From Phoronis australis (lineage: Eukaryota; Animalia; Phoronida), in contig NMRA01000493.1 in assembly GCA_002633005.1 (NCBI GenBank), positions 111,647 through 175,646 of the forward strand: a stretch of 64,000 nucleotides of DNA. Direction: 5' to 3'. Shown piece by piece: positions 26,101 to 39,500 of the stretch. The notes below the pieces were generated by a model. The model made no database searches and was not told the origin of the DNA. It worked only from the letters and a program-made list of their open reading frames with translations. Within the stretch, counting starts at the first letter, position 1. Each line of letters starts with the position of its first letter. A program made the translations under genes and the position numbers.

Positions 26101-29100
26101 AAAACGCCGACATATTCGAAGTTTCCCAGGCAAATGAAGCCGCCGTGAAACATACTCTTGAATCGTTTGCATTGACGGCTCTGGCACCTAGGGGCACTCG
26201 ACTATATTTTTGACGGGCAGTATGCATCCAACATAAAAAAAATGCATAGACCAAGGTTTTTACATCTAAGTTTACAAAATTAGGATATCCATTGATTTAG
26301 AGTGGATTCGAAAAAGGGAGTCATTTGCATGACGAGGCGATGAAGTCGAAAGTTTTCCGATTTTGTTCCAGATCACCACCTTTTTGCATAGGGATGTATT
26401 CCATAAACCTTGCCGATGAGTTGCTGGACAACTGTCTTTAACCAGAAATGATAGGCCTACCGGAAGTGATGCCATGTTGTCAATAACGAGCATATCATTT
26501 GCAACCAAAGTCAGAAATTGATAATATTAAAAACCGTCTGCAAGTTTTTCAATTTGAAAAAGGAACTGTTTGTAGAGTTTTTAACTCCCAATACGAACCT
26601 TTCAGAAAAGACACTCTTTCGTTGGAAAAGGTGCCCTTCGAGGAAACACTGGTCGTAAAAAGTCAGCCATCTGAGCCACACGTCCTGTATATCTATTCAA
26701 TGGCAGTACGCCCTAGTATTGGCATTGAGGAGTTTCTGTTGTAATCGTTATCTACAGTTTACAGACCCTCTGAAATCCTGACCCCCGTTACCATATTTGG
26801 AAATCTAGCCGGCCATTCTTCTTCCTCCGAGCACAATTCGTTGTGACGGATGTGACGCGACTGCATGATAGCAGACAATCAGCCAGGGTCGTTATCAATA
26901 TCCACTAGTGACAGTTATCAGTTTAATTCCAAAACAGCGCAACTACTGATCCGTATTTTTGGAAACTCAAGTTCACGGCATTTTGAATATTTTTTAAATC
27001 AGAGAAATGAACATTAAATCACTATCATCTATGTCATTGCTTCTTTTACGCATGTTGCAATTTGTTATTTTGTGAAGTTTTACCCATTATTTCATTATAA
27101 CGCTTTTAAATGGCGTTCTTATTTAATATGCTGGCTATCCGGCACTCATGGCGAATGCTCCATTCCACAACGTTCGCTTGTTAACACCTAATAGGCAATT
27201 CACTGCTGACAACACTGGATTAAATTGGCGATTGGTGTTTTACTTATTCAAATCTCAAGTGCAACGAAGTGCTTCTTCTTGAATATTACCTGATTGATGC
27301 ATGTAGATAATTTCCTTCCATTTAAAACAGATGACGATCGAGGTTATGGATACTTAAGGGTGACATCTGGCGACGAGATGAGTCAACGCGCCAAGTTCGT
27401 TTTCCTGACATGGGTAGGTCCAAACGTGTCGGCCATGAAACGCGCCAAAATGAGCACAGAAAAGGGAAAGGTCAAACATGTTATAAAAGTAAGTTGTGTA
27501 CTTCCTGTTCATATCCCTAGTTCCAAAATTGAATACTCGTGGGTCATTTTGTTAAATAGCGGGCATAGTAGGGCCCTTTTTGCAGACAAGGCAGCGCTTA
27601 TTCGAAAATCATTGGAATCAAAAGTTAAATCCAAATATATTCTCAATCATTTGGGAATGATGAATATACGCTCTGGTGTATCATACTGTAGCTGACGTCA
27701 CTTGGCGCGTAAAACCAAGACAATGACCTCACAATACATCCACGCATGACTGTTCTCAGTATAAGGAGGTCTGGAGTTTACCGTTGGAAATATACTTTAG
27801 TTATGATATGGTTTTGGTCTATTTCCAATGAAACTGAGAAAGTTTTAACATTCAACCACGCATATGTTTCCCAAAATAAACACCACGGGTAAATTTGCGC
27901 AAAACGTTCCTCACATATGCCCACTGAGCGTTACCTAAAAATGGAACGTTCTACAAATAACTCCAGCGTGGCAACGGGGAATAACAACGCTTTTAATGGT
28001 TTAAGTTACGTTCAGTACATTTTATACAGAAAATGACATGTTTTTTCTCAAAGCAAAAATGTGAGAATGTGAATTCGCATTTTGTTTCTGTAGTATTTCT
28101 GTTACGGCTCATATTCATAAAACGGATGTTGACTTCAAAGAGCTGTGCAGACATAGCTGATGAAAGATTTGTTGGTGTTTAACATTAATTTGACGGAAGC
28201 AGAATTTCCGCAGTGATTCGTTCACTGACAAACTTGTGTGGAACATCCCGTAATACAGTGTATTTTGGTGTAGCTTATCTGGGAGGAAACACGACCTCAG
28301 TGAATACCATTGCTACCAGTCCCATGACGATATCTACAAATAGTCGGACTCTCATAAACGCCACGCATTCGCGTTCGGATATACTTTACGGGCATTAGCT
28401 TCAGTGCCTTGGGTGTTGCGTCTGTCTCGAAATTTTGTTTTATGCATCTATATAGACTAATATGCACGCATTAGTTTCAGTGCCTAGGATGTTGCCTCTG
28501 TCTCGAAATTTAGTTTCTGCCTCAAAATGTTGAACATCTTTGAGTAAATCCAGTACATGTGTGTGAAAGTAGCTGGTCACTTGAGATTAAAAGGACATTA
28601 AGCCTTTTTTCGTTAATGTCAACCAATCGTCGTTCTGTCACTTGTTAATGCATCGCTGGTGAGTGATAACAGAAGTATTCAACCAAAATCTTTTTGTCGT
28701 TGTGTCATAAGATGGGTCCTGTTGGTGTCGTCTCTCCCCACAGTGTGGCGCAACTCCCGTAAAGTGTCCGTCACGCTTGCCGGTTTCGCAGACTGAGTTT
28801 AAGTAGTTTTCAAACTTGCTCCAAACTTTTGTGGACTGACGAGGGTTACTGAGTATTGCTTCGAATATTAAATAGTACTGGATGCGGGAAAGGTCTTTAA
28901 TATCTGGTAATAGACCAACTCTGGGTTTAGTATGCTTTTAAAATGGTTTAGTATTACTGAAAATAGATAATAACAAAAACAGTTTAACGGAAACATGCGT
29001 AGTGAGGTTCAGACTCTTGTACTCTAAACATTTGTATGTAAATAGGTTTTTGAAAAACTGTATTCGATTTTGGCGCTCTGATCCAAATCTGCGATACACG

Positions 29101-29584
29101 TACGGTAATGAAATTGCGACGACTGTCGCAGTACACCGTTTTTGCTAATAAGCCGTCGCCTGGTTAACCATACGTTTTGCTTTCATCGACCACATGACGA
29201 ACAAATTAGATAACTTTACAATGCAAGTTAGTGGTTTAATTGGTCCCGGGTCCATAGGTTGGCTGATACAGCCATGTAATCTGTGTTAGTTTATCTCTCA
29301 AGGTTGGGATCAACATTACAGTAGTTAGACCTATAGTGACTCTTGATTAGGAGGACAGTGGTAATTACATCAATACCGTAACTGTACGTTGACAACCAAG
29401 TCCTCTGTCACAGTTGATTTAACGCAATCTCCGCGTCTCTAACACAATGTCTACTTCGATCTTTCAGATTGCGTCTGTGGATTTATTATTCGACACGGAG
29501 GATGACTTTACACTAGAACACATAATGGATAGGGTAAAGAGAGCCGGCGGAGCCAACTACGGTACAGGCAACGGTGCCGAATAG
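20195..29584 (+). CDS. COTL1: Coactosin-like protein (ADF-H actin-binding domain), complete, 142 aa; exons 20195-20265, 23325-23407, 27331-27488, 29468-29584
   Basis: The 429-nt spliced ORF has GT/AG junctions in phases 2,1,0. Translation: MSFDKDALIEAYEAVRSDGDERNW-VVFKYDGNNIV...-DDDRGYGYLRVTSGDEMSQRAKFVFLTWVGPNVSAMKRAKMSTEKGKVKHVIK-IASVD...VKRAGGANYGTGNGAE*. Hallmark coactosin motifs GDxMSxRxKF, TWxGxxV and AGGANY are present. Confidence 0.95.
24787..24870. repeat. 21-bp tandem repeat x4 (alternating variants)
   Basis: ctat(t/g)tgagcctccaaggtac, alternating ttt/tgt. Confidence 0.9.
25040..25978. mobile_element. Cluster of Tc1/mariner-type MITE remnants (palindromic AAACGCCCATGGGCGTTT motifs, ...TACGGTA ends)
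   Basis: Palindrome at ~25052-25069 with variants at ~25400 and ~25945. Direct ~120-bp repeats at ~25595-25710 and ~25864-25978 end in (TA)CGGTA. Confidence 0.45.
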
Positions 29585-29725
29585 TGTCCCGGCTCCCTCC
29601 ATGGATTATTGCCTTTAACCAAAAAGTTCAATTTCTGTGCTAGAATTATGTCTCCACGAATCTTGTAGCAGCGCAAGATATAATTCCTGTTGATACGACA
29701 CGATTATTTATATGAGAAATTTGTT

Positions 29726-29731
29726 AATAAA
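29726..29731 (+). terminator. Candidate polyadenylation signal of the coactosin-like gene
   Basis: AATAAA ~140 nt after the stop codon, followed by T/GT-rich sequence. Confidence 0.45.
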
Positions 29732-32010
29732 CATGTTTCGTTTTCACCATCTATGCTTTGCAATGTTCCCTCTCACGTGGTCTAAGGTTGATGCTAAGGA
29801 AAGAACGCACCACCAAAATTCGTAGAAGTTGCACTTCTTGGTTTATATTGAAATAATTTAATTGTAAAGAAGTGAAGACCTATTGAAGGAATCTGTATTC
29901 GTTTTGAGGCTAGTACGTTTTGGCTATTTTTCGGTTTTTAACCACTGAACTCAAGGTTAAGGAACGCTACTGGTCTTCTTATAATATAGTTCAATTGTCT
30001 AGATACAGACTTTGCTTCAGAGTTGACCTCTCAAAGCCGATATCTTGTTAGTTCTCGCTCAAAAGTAGAACTTTAACTGAAAATCAGACACATGTTCGAG
30101 ATGCAGGGCGAGTTCACAATACTGAGTGAGCGCGGTTCTACTGACGGTAGTGATGTCACACATAGTGACGAAATGCTTTGCAAAATCAGCACTATTATGG
30201 GATATTGTACTTGTAGTGATTCCTGCAGCCACATCACGTGCACTCTCAAATAATGAATCGACAAAGGTAAATGTTCTTCGGCAAGGTTTGAAGCCTGGTG
30301 GTCCACTGAGGGTTTACGGCCCGGGGTCATTGCCGGGTTGAATATACTCTTTCCGCTCCGTTTCAGTTAAAAACCTCATAAATGGAACTCGACTGCAAAC
30401 AAATCTACCTTAAGATTAGTTCCTAATTTTGCCCCTTCAAGTGGCATTGAAATGTTTTGATAATAACCAGAATTAAATGGAAATTTCCGTTTTTTATTTC
30501 TGGTGGTGCACCTAGAAAATGGCCGCTACGGTTGAACGGTACTTCACTTTTGATGAATTTCCTGAACGTAAATACATCTAACTTGCGAGGCGGTCCTGAG
30601 TTATACCTCTCGATGGATGAATCTCTTTCTATGTTCTAGAGTGATGAAAATAAAGGAAAGAGTGCATTAAGTGTTATCTAATCACGAGTCGAGTTTTAGT
30701 TATGTATCAAGCCCAATAGGGGGCTGTACAACAGGTATTCGGGATAGTGTGCCGCTTATATGGGTGGCTTCTTCACAACTATTTTCCTAAGTAGGGGTTG
30801 GCGTTTTCAAATTTAATTCTTTTCCAACTTCGGCAGAAGGTTTTCGAAATTGGGTTTCAAAAGACATTTCTAGCAATGACATCGCCTCCAGGTTTAATTG
30901 AACTAAGAATTCCAAGAAGGCCTTACAATACACAGTAGTGTTTCTGGAGCAATACTACGAAGTGGCGATTTTGTTCCCGGAAGCTCCCAACAAATGGCTC
31001 CTTTTTGAGTCCACTCCCTGAATGGATGACTACAACTAAGATATCGTCGAGTTCCTAGTGTGGGGGCTATGTCCAATCTCCAAACACAGACTCGTCTCTG
31101 CCCTCAGACGACCGTCTTCACCACAGGGCCCACTAGTGCACTTGCCCGGCGGGGGCCCCACGACACTAACAGGAGCCCCACACCGATCCATCATGGTCAT
31201 TATGATAAAAGTCAAATTGATGGTAAATCATACGGGTTCAGCATAGGCGGAGCAGCACCGTGCTGAAGTGGGGGTTAAGCCCCACCCCCTAGCCCCATGT
31301 GGTGCCCGACCATAGTCAGTGCTAATGCAAAAGTAAGATTGTCTCCCCGTATAGCCTATATGTCCAAACTGCATGAGTTATCTGTATCTTGGTGCGCCTC
31401 GGATTATGCCTTCGACCAATAATTAATCCCAGAACTACAACTTCTAACCAACTTTGCGACATTACATAAGTGACCTAAGCTGGGTCTAGACAAAAAGGCT
31501 AATCGGTGACGATAGCGCAAGACCGGCGCTGAGTGCTTGTTTATAATTAGGCCAGTCACAAACATGTCTTCGGCTGGAAGTCGAGACATATTTATGTGTC
31601 TGGGTGATGTCGACGATGACGACGTGAAAACCTCACGATGAGAGCCATTTAAAAGTTGTACCTTGACAACCACAAACACCCTAAAGCTGTATTTCGCCCT
31701 CTTTAAAAAGCTAAAACGAAAATCGTCGGAACTAGGCCGTTTACTCTCATAAAATCGGTTTCGTTATATTCCTCAACGTGAAAGGATCCGGCTTTCGTTA
31801 CCAACAAGAACACCGAAAAAATCAGCCTCAAGAAAACTACTCAGTTAATTATTCAAGTTTCGGTTGGCAAACTCTAAAATTCAGAATTCCCAAATGGCGC
31901 AGTGTACGCATATGACTTGAGTGGTGACGACGGAAATAAAATTCTATCTTATCCTATATTACTATATAATTCTATGAGGATAAAGGGTACAATTAGATTT
32001 TCGTTTCTAG

Positions 32011-35000
32011 CCAGCAAAACTGTAAGAAATGTAACTCATTAATCGCTGTATCGAGGTGGAAGCCAACCTTATCACGGGCACCCACGCTTTACACAACCCG
32101 CAAAATCTTTGACACAGAACCAGTTGCCACGAAACTTGCCGTGCAAGTGACCGAAGGCACAAAACAAAGAAAGAAGCCACAGGGCCGTGCACTGAACTGT
32201 CTGTGGTAAGAGTGCTATGTGTGGTTGTAGTTCAGGTTCCTGTGGCAAGGGTTTTGTGAGTGGTAAGTATTTGGTAGGAGTGGTTTTCACTTCCTCAGTA
32301 AGAGTCAGCCAATAAACCACGCTACCGTTTAGCAAACATATATTGCATCCACCTGCCACACTTCGACACAATGCGGAACAACATAATGGTAATATCTTTT
32401 TCACACAGTGATAAAAAACATATCAAAAGGGTCGTTCAAAATAACAACACCCCTGCAATGCAGAAACAAGGTACAATTTCGACGAAAGAGTAATAATAAG
32501 CAAAGAGTGATAATAAGTAAAGAGCGATAATATGTAAAAGCAGACCAAGGATGCCTGTTCCAAAACTGAAAACGGCGTTTTGTTCCTTGAAAAATCCTTG
32601 TTTCCATGCGCGCACCCAGGGGGGGGGGGCTCGAATGAGCCCCTCATTTGACGAAGTGGGAAAGAAGGTCCGCCCCTGATAGACAAAAAGTCCATGAAAA
32701 TGGGACTAAATAATCGCAAACGCGCACTTCACAGTGGTACTCCCGTTTTTTTGTTTTTTTTTTTTAGTCCGCCCGCTCTTCAACGTCAGGAATTCGAGCC
32801 CCCCATATTGAAGGCTAGGTGCGCGCATGGTTTCTAGGGTTAATTAAAAGGGCACAAAAATCCAGAAAACATCCTTGTTTAAGATGCGATTTAAAAAAAC
32901 CGAACCATCATGTGTGACCCATTGATGAGAGGGGGACCGGGATAGTGCACTGCTAAAGAACTATATTTCATTGGCCTTAGAAAGAGAAATGAATCGGCTG
33001 CATCCGACTGTGACAACGTAAGGCACCACCCGTCCAAAAGCAGGACGACGTCTAGATACGAAGGGAAGAATAAGAAAAAGAAGAACGAGAAAAAGTCAAA
33101 GAAATCACCAGCGGGAGCAAGTTTTTCAAAAGAAAAAAAGGTAAAACAATTCTGCGAACTGGGTCACACAACCAGATGCCACGCGAGCTCGAGTGTTTGA
33201 TCAGCAAATGCAGGGAATGTTCACCAGGCTTTACTTCAATATCACCTTGGTTACCAGTTTTTCACTCTTGTTTTTGCGACCGGTCAGTCTCCTCGTGACT
33301 ATCAGTCGCTTTCTAATGGGCGGCGCAGCACTGAAAAAAGTGGGGGGCTAAAGCCCCGTCAGTCCCCCGTGGTTCAACGCCTATACACCATGTGCGGCGT
33401 AGCACTCAAAAAAAGTGGGGGGCTATAGCCCCCTATAGACCCTATTCACGCCGACAGGAGGCGCATTCCAAAACGAGGCTCGCTACGATAGCTCTGTTAG
33501 CTCATCGGCATAGTTCTGTGTTTCAGACCGTGTTGTTCCGCGAACGGCTAGAAAAAATACGGACACGCAACTGTCTGCTTCACAATCTCTAAACTTGAAG
33601 ACGTTGAGATTCTGAAGCGTTGGGTCGTTGTCGCGACGAAGCAAAATATGTCCGTGTAAAATTTATAAATGTTTTCGAAAAGTTAGATCATATTTTGTCG
33701 TATGTCGGTCAGTTGTTAAGCATCATAGTAACTACCGGAGAATGGGCCAGCCAGGCTGTGTTTTCATGACTACGGATTTAGGGGGGGGGGCATGGCCCCC
33801 CTAAAATTGTATCAGATCCCATTTTTGAGTTCTAGCACACGTGCGCAACCAGGGGGGGGGGGTCGGGGGGGTGAATAAACAACGCATAGGCGCTGAATGA
33901 ATCCCGTTTACCGTTTTTTTAGTCAACAGGTCCGCAAACCCAAGAATTCAAGACCACTGCATCCCCAGAGTTTAGGCTGGGCGCGCGCATCTGCCGAAAT
34001 GCTGCTTATTCCTGTGCCCTGCCCCCCTAACTGAAAAACCTGGATCCGCTCCCGGCCTGCTACGGGTTGAAACATTATTATTTTTCTTTCCAAAAAGGAC
34101 AGGGCCCTCAATCACTCAAATTTGGGGTCCAATATCGGCCCTATTCCCCTCTAAAATTGCACATGACAGACACCACTGTCGAATATGTCTTCAACTCATC
34201 AACAATACGAGCAGAGGATGACCTGGCCCGCGTAGAAAGTATTTTGATCAACAATTTACAAGAAAAAACGTAACCCTGCATTCAGCATAATACCTAATCC
34301 GTAACACTACGATCGCCGCAATTTGGTCATATTTACTTTTCATGTTTCGAATCTAGTTTTCCGAAAAAAATTGAACCCTTTCGTCAGACAACTCTTTGGC
34401 GCCTTAACTTGTTCTCTAATGTAATTTTCTACGTCTCTGTGGTTAATTGTCGACACATCATTAAAATTTAATATCCAGGTTGGACTCGAAAGACCGACTA
34501 TTTAACTCATGCAATGTCTACTTTCGCTTTGTTTATCGCAGTGAGCCTCGCTTTGGATCTTAATGGCCGCCGCGTGAATAGTATGGTGCGCCCTCTATGC
34601 TTCTCCCAACCTCGATCTATCGTCGGACATCCTTGGAGGCCGATCGCTCAGTCGTAACCAGTCTGCTGACGAACAACGTGTGCTAATGACGTTGATCTGG
34701 ATTGTTGACTAGCTCATTGATATTCAAATGACTTTGGTGTTTTGTCGAGCATTATCACATTATGCTAAAATACCATTGTTCTAAACAGACTGATTCCAGT
34801 CTTCCTTTTAAAAATTGAAGATTGTCTATCTAATAAATGTCTAAGGGAAATCAAAGACTGAAAATGAAGCATGGCCAGTATTGATCCACATTTTATAAAA
34901 ACTGTGATTTACAGAAATCGAAACAGAAAAAGTCAAATGATGCCAAAAAGAAGGCCAAAGGAAACAAACAACACGGTTCAAGGTCTTCAAAAGATTCAAG

Positions 35001-35700
35001 GTCGCCACGTTCGTCAAAATCTTCAACAAAAAAATCGAAGAGCGATAGTGCAGTAAGTCAACCTCGCCCAGACAAAGAGAGCCTAAAAGTGCGAAGCGTG
35101 TCGGGTATGTTTGTTCGAAGGAGGTACTTCCACCCCCTCTACAGAAGATCTGCACCTCCAAGAATTTGGAACAGGCGCTGCAGGCCGGGGTCTCCGTCAA
35201 AAAAATTCCACAGGGAAATTTGGGATAAAATTTCGTTAGAGATCCCATATTTGCCGATGCCCAGAACACTGAGGAAATGTAGGACCTCAAAAGATACACG
35301 GAGTAAGGCAACGACGGAAATAGTGAAGCGATTCAGAAGGCTTAAAAGTAGAAGTAAAACCTATAACAGAAAAAACAGAAGGGTGTGTAACATCATAGGT
35401 AACGTGGTACGACGTTACTGCACGCCATGCGGAAAGAAAGGGCAGAAAGAACACGGGAGAAAGAGGTCTTCTGCTCATGCGCAAGAGAAGTCAGATAGGC
35501 GTCGAAAAAGAACACCTTCCAGTAGAAATAGAGGCAAGGGAGAGCGAAGAAAGCGTAAAAGAACGTCCAGATCAAACTCGGCACATTCAAAGAGAAGACA
35601 CAGTAAGTCGAGGGGTGAACATAAAGATAAACATAAACATAAACGGAAGAGGAGAAAATTTTCCAGCAGATCTCGTACAAAGAACTCCAACGAGCGATGA
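32011..35700 (+). CDS. Orphan basic Lys/Arg/Ser-rich protein, paralog A (predicted exons 32011-32205?, 32409-32489, 32981-33140, 34915-35700); Arg/His/Lys-rich protamine-like C-terminal tail
   Basis: Phase-compatible open exons with AG/GT ends. Exon 34915 (tttacag|AAATCG) is in frame with ORF 35089-35700. The start is uncertain (in-frame ATG at 32458, or further upstream). It shares a gap-free 46-aa segment with paralog B. Confidence 0.6.
32605..32829. mobile_element. GC-rich MITE, CATG termini, 5-bp TSD GTTTC
   Basis: TIR CATGCGCGCACC(C/T)AG. GTTTC lies at 32600-04 and 32830-34. Confidence 0.75.
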
Positions 35701-36516
35701 ATAGTACACGACTACTCACGTACTTTAATCGTTGAAGTGAAAACAAGCCGCTCACAATTTGTGCTGTCGTGTTTGTTACGCTATTCGTATTTATTAACCT
35801 GTATTTCATTATCAAAGAATGACCACGTCTTAACGTTTTGTGATAGATTCGTATTTACTACACACAGAATCTTGGTGTACACACTTATCGTTAGAAGTCA
35901 AGTACAGGAGTTCCGCATTTCTAAGAACCAGTTTTCTCCACGGAATAACATTGAATCAAACTGATTCTCAAAATTCCGGACCTCTGTAAGTAACTATTGC
36001 TCATTCCGAAAGATATGCGTGTCAATTCCAACCAGTTTAATAACATCCAACTTTCCTTATAAGCGTATTTGTTTCTTCAAAGCACCCTTTGCTTGGGTTG
36101 AAACTGATTGTCATCGCATGGATCCTTTGGACTGACTTGACGACTCAAACGAAGCCGCCTTCACAAGAAAGTTTAAGGTTGATCTCAGGGCCTGAAGCAC
36201 TAGCTACTTCTTAGTTATTGTAAAGCGGCCCGACTCATTTCCAATCTGAGTAAGTCGCGTAAGATAAGACCAAGTTTTTGATAGTAAGTTACACGGGCTT
36301 ATTGTATTTTCACCGTCTTGCGTGAGTCTACACTAGGACAAAGACGTTACATAAGGCTAATAGAGCACAATCTCCTACAGTCCAGTTGCAGAAAACGACA
36401 AAAGGGCCAATGGTAAATGACGTCACATTGAGTGACGACTAGAATTTTTAGAGTTCTTTTATTTACGAGATTACCAAATCTAATTCTATACGTATCCATA
36501 TGAAATATATTCTAGA

Positions 36517-39500
36517 ATGAATAAAAACAATTCACGCAAAAGAAAGCATTCGAGAAAAGAACGACCAAAGGTAAACTTCTCACTTGCACGAGCCATTTAG
36601 GGACACTGCCGACGTCACGGTAGTTTTCGTCGTTCATGAACTCTGCCTTGGTAAAACAAGACATATGCCAGGTTTTCAGATGCAAAATTTTATAAAACGA
36701 AGTCACTAACGCCACCGAGTGGACTAAAAATGACGTCTATTCATAGACCTGCATTAACCGCACTGCTCCGGAAACCCAAAACAATGAAAGAATGAATCGG
36801 CAAAAATAATACCACATGCGATCTTTCTGTAGACCCAAAAAACTCTCAAAAAGCTGACCACGCAAGACTGCCCGAGATGATCGCCATACAACCGAAGCAT
36901 GTGATTACCATAGCCTTGCTTGCGAATTTCTTGCATCTACTAGCACGTGATATCCGGTCGTGGTGTGGGTCAGTGAGAATTTAGATGTGTGGCCAGATAT
37001 TCTCACCCAACTTGAAATTCTGAGGGCAATGGACAGTGAGAGCCAGTGATGTGATACGATCAGGGGCGGATCCACAGTTAATGGTCTGGCACTGCACAGA
37101 CTTAAAGGGTACTTCATATTCATGGGCGGCGCAGCACTGAAAAAAGTGGGGGGGGGAGGCTAAAACCCCTTCAGCCCCCTGTGGTGCACCGCCTATATAG
37201 ACCATGTGCGGCGTAGCACTAAAAAAATTGTGGGCTATATTCCCCCCCCCCCCGGCTCCCTATGGTGCACCGCCCACGATATTGCTCCATTGGAGCACTC
37301 AAAATCTTTTTGTAAACCGAAAGTCATCCTTCCTAGGTTCAGCTTGAGTCCGTCAAACATGTCGCATTCACATCAGGATCCCGACGCAAAAGATAATTAT
37401 TTCAGCAAATTATAAAGTAATCACTGACTATTTAATGCTGAAATCACTTCACATATTTTTTTAACAGAGAGAAACAACGGCTTCGTCAAGCGACGGAAGT
37501 ATTAGAAGTCAACCGTCAAAACGAGCGAGACTGCCCAGAAAACAGTCTAATCCGCCGAAAGAAAAACCATCGAAATCGACTTCACACCAATCGAGTGGAA
37601 GCGCTAAGTCAACATCTAGCAGAAAACAGGTGATAGGATTCATAAGTTGCATGCTTTAGGTGGAGCTTATTCCGAAAACCTACAGTGTAAACTCGATTTC
37701 AAAGATACACGTCATTTTTAAGATTGTATATTCTACTGCTAAAGACAAATTGCACAACTAGATCACTCACTTTGCCTTATTTATTCATTTTGTTACTCGT
37801 GCATGTATAGAGAAACAAACAGAGAAAAATGTCGAAATGCAAGAGTTTGAGATCTGAATTGTATAACGCACAATACGTGATACATGCCCTACTCATTGCC
37901 ATTTTTGTGTTTCCTGAAGTCTGTAGTGCATAAGTGACGTTTTATTTTTGGAAAAGCGCAAGCATGCCCATTTCCAAGGACGGAAGAATAAAATTGCCAT
38001 TTCGGAACCGGAGTAGTGAAATTACTAATATGTGGTTTCATGGCAATTTCAAAAACGGAGACCACGAAAAAGGCGTCGCCCTAATCCAATTGCTACAGAA
38101 TCCGTTTTAACGTTTTCCGTTGCAATACGGATTACGCATTATGAAAAAGTGGAATATTGTCCATTCTCTTTGCCCTCTAATGAAGCCAGGCCTTTTAAAA
38201 AAGAACGAACCAACTATAAGTACAAATAGTTCAAAACTCTTGTTAGTATAAAAAATTCTTAGTCTACTAACTTGTCTTTTTAGCTCGATCTCTTTAACGA
38301 GACTCTTACCAAATGCTCAGTTTTTTATAATTAAAGCCTCTTTAAGAACATGGGTAACTCCTTCAGTGACATCAATGTTTAAATGGGTAACCACTTCAAT
38401 GTTTCCAATCAGCGAATATTTACGTTCAGTAAGACAGATATGCATAGTTCAGTTACTCAGAGTATCAATTTAAAAAAATTTCGTGACTCCGTATTAAAGG
38501 AACATTGTCGGACTTTGCAGCCCAAAAACAGTCTTAGATTATTGTTGGGTAGGATAGATTTTATGAAGTTATAATGGCTTTGACCAGAACTGTAAAACAA
38601 CAAAACACGTTGTTTTTTGATTGATCACAAATCGCCAACTCTCGCCGTTACCAAACATACGCTTAAAATACTCTGTCACTTAACCAGTGGGATTAACTAC
38701 GCCAGCACTTCGGAACCTCTGACAACGTCGGTCGCGAGTGTTCCAAATTCAAATCTGCGCTGAAGCTGATCTCAGAATATCTCATTTGTCGCCGCGATAA
38801 CAGTCAAGTCAAAATGCCCTCTTAGAGAATGTGTTTATACAAATTTCAGGCTGGAAAGGACGAAGTAGTCACTAAGAAGAGTTCAGATCAGGTAACATTA
38901 GCCAAGAGGCATCGAACGTAGGAAAACCCATGATCAAGTTATATCATGACACAAGTTTTGGTAAATTAAAATGAGCACTGCCCCCAGAAATCGCCATCGC
39001 ATTATATCCAGATTCTCATTCACTCCCTTGCACACACTCACTAGTAAGACCGAGCCTAGAGGAGTAAGAGACACATTAGTGGTACGCTCGATTCTCTGCC
39101 AGTAAGGCCAGGATTCGAACCCGGGTCTCCCAAACTAGAGTCCGGAGCTCAAACCACTGAGCCACATCACGTCTCCTTTGGTAAATAAATAAGCTTTTTT
39201 TCAACTCAAGTGACAACTGTCAGTTCAAAATAATATACATTTGTTTTTGATATATCATCTACATAATTACGGAGGAACAGCATGCAGCTTATGTCCTGAA
39301 ACTACATAACTATTCAGTTAACAAACTTAGTCTACAGTTCTTTCTGGGATTCTCGATATGTTTGGGGACGCAACAGATCAGGGGAAGTTATCACTGGAAA
39401 AGAATTTCTGTGAACTTTTGGGATTCTGAAATACATAAGAAATTCATAATTTTCAGAGTACAAAGACTAGCGGAAGTTTGAAATCAAGCTCGAAAAAGGT

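Noticed and set aside
30092-31641. Short ORFs or exon-like pieces (30092-30265 with donor at 30266; MSSAGSRD… at 31564) as the start of paralog A
   Set aside because: I could not join them in frame through convincing splice sites. They may be UTR exons or uORFs.
32204-32981. In-frame TGA (possible selenocysteine) formed by joining exon 32011-32205 directly to 32981
   Set aside because: An intervening phase-compatible exon (32409-32489) removes the stop, and no SECIS was identified.
38967-39176. Functional tRNA gene
   Set aside because: It has a non-tRNA body and a 10-bp TSD, so it is a SINE.
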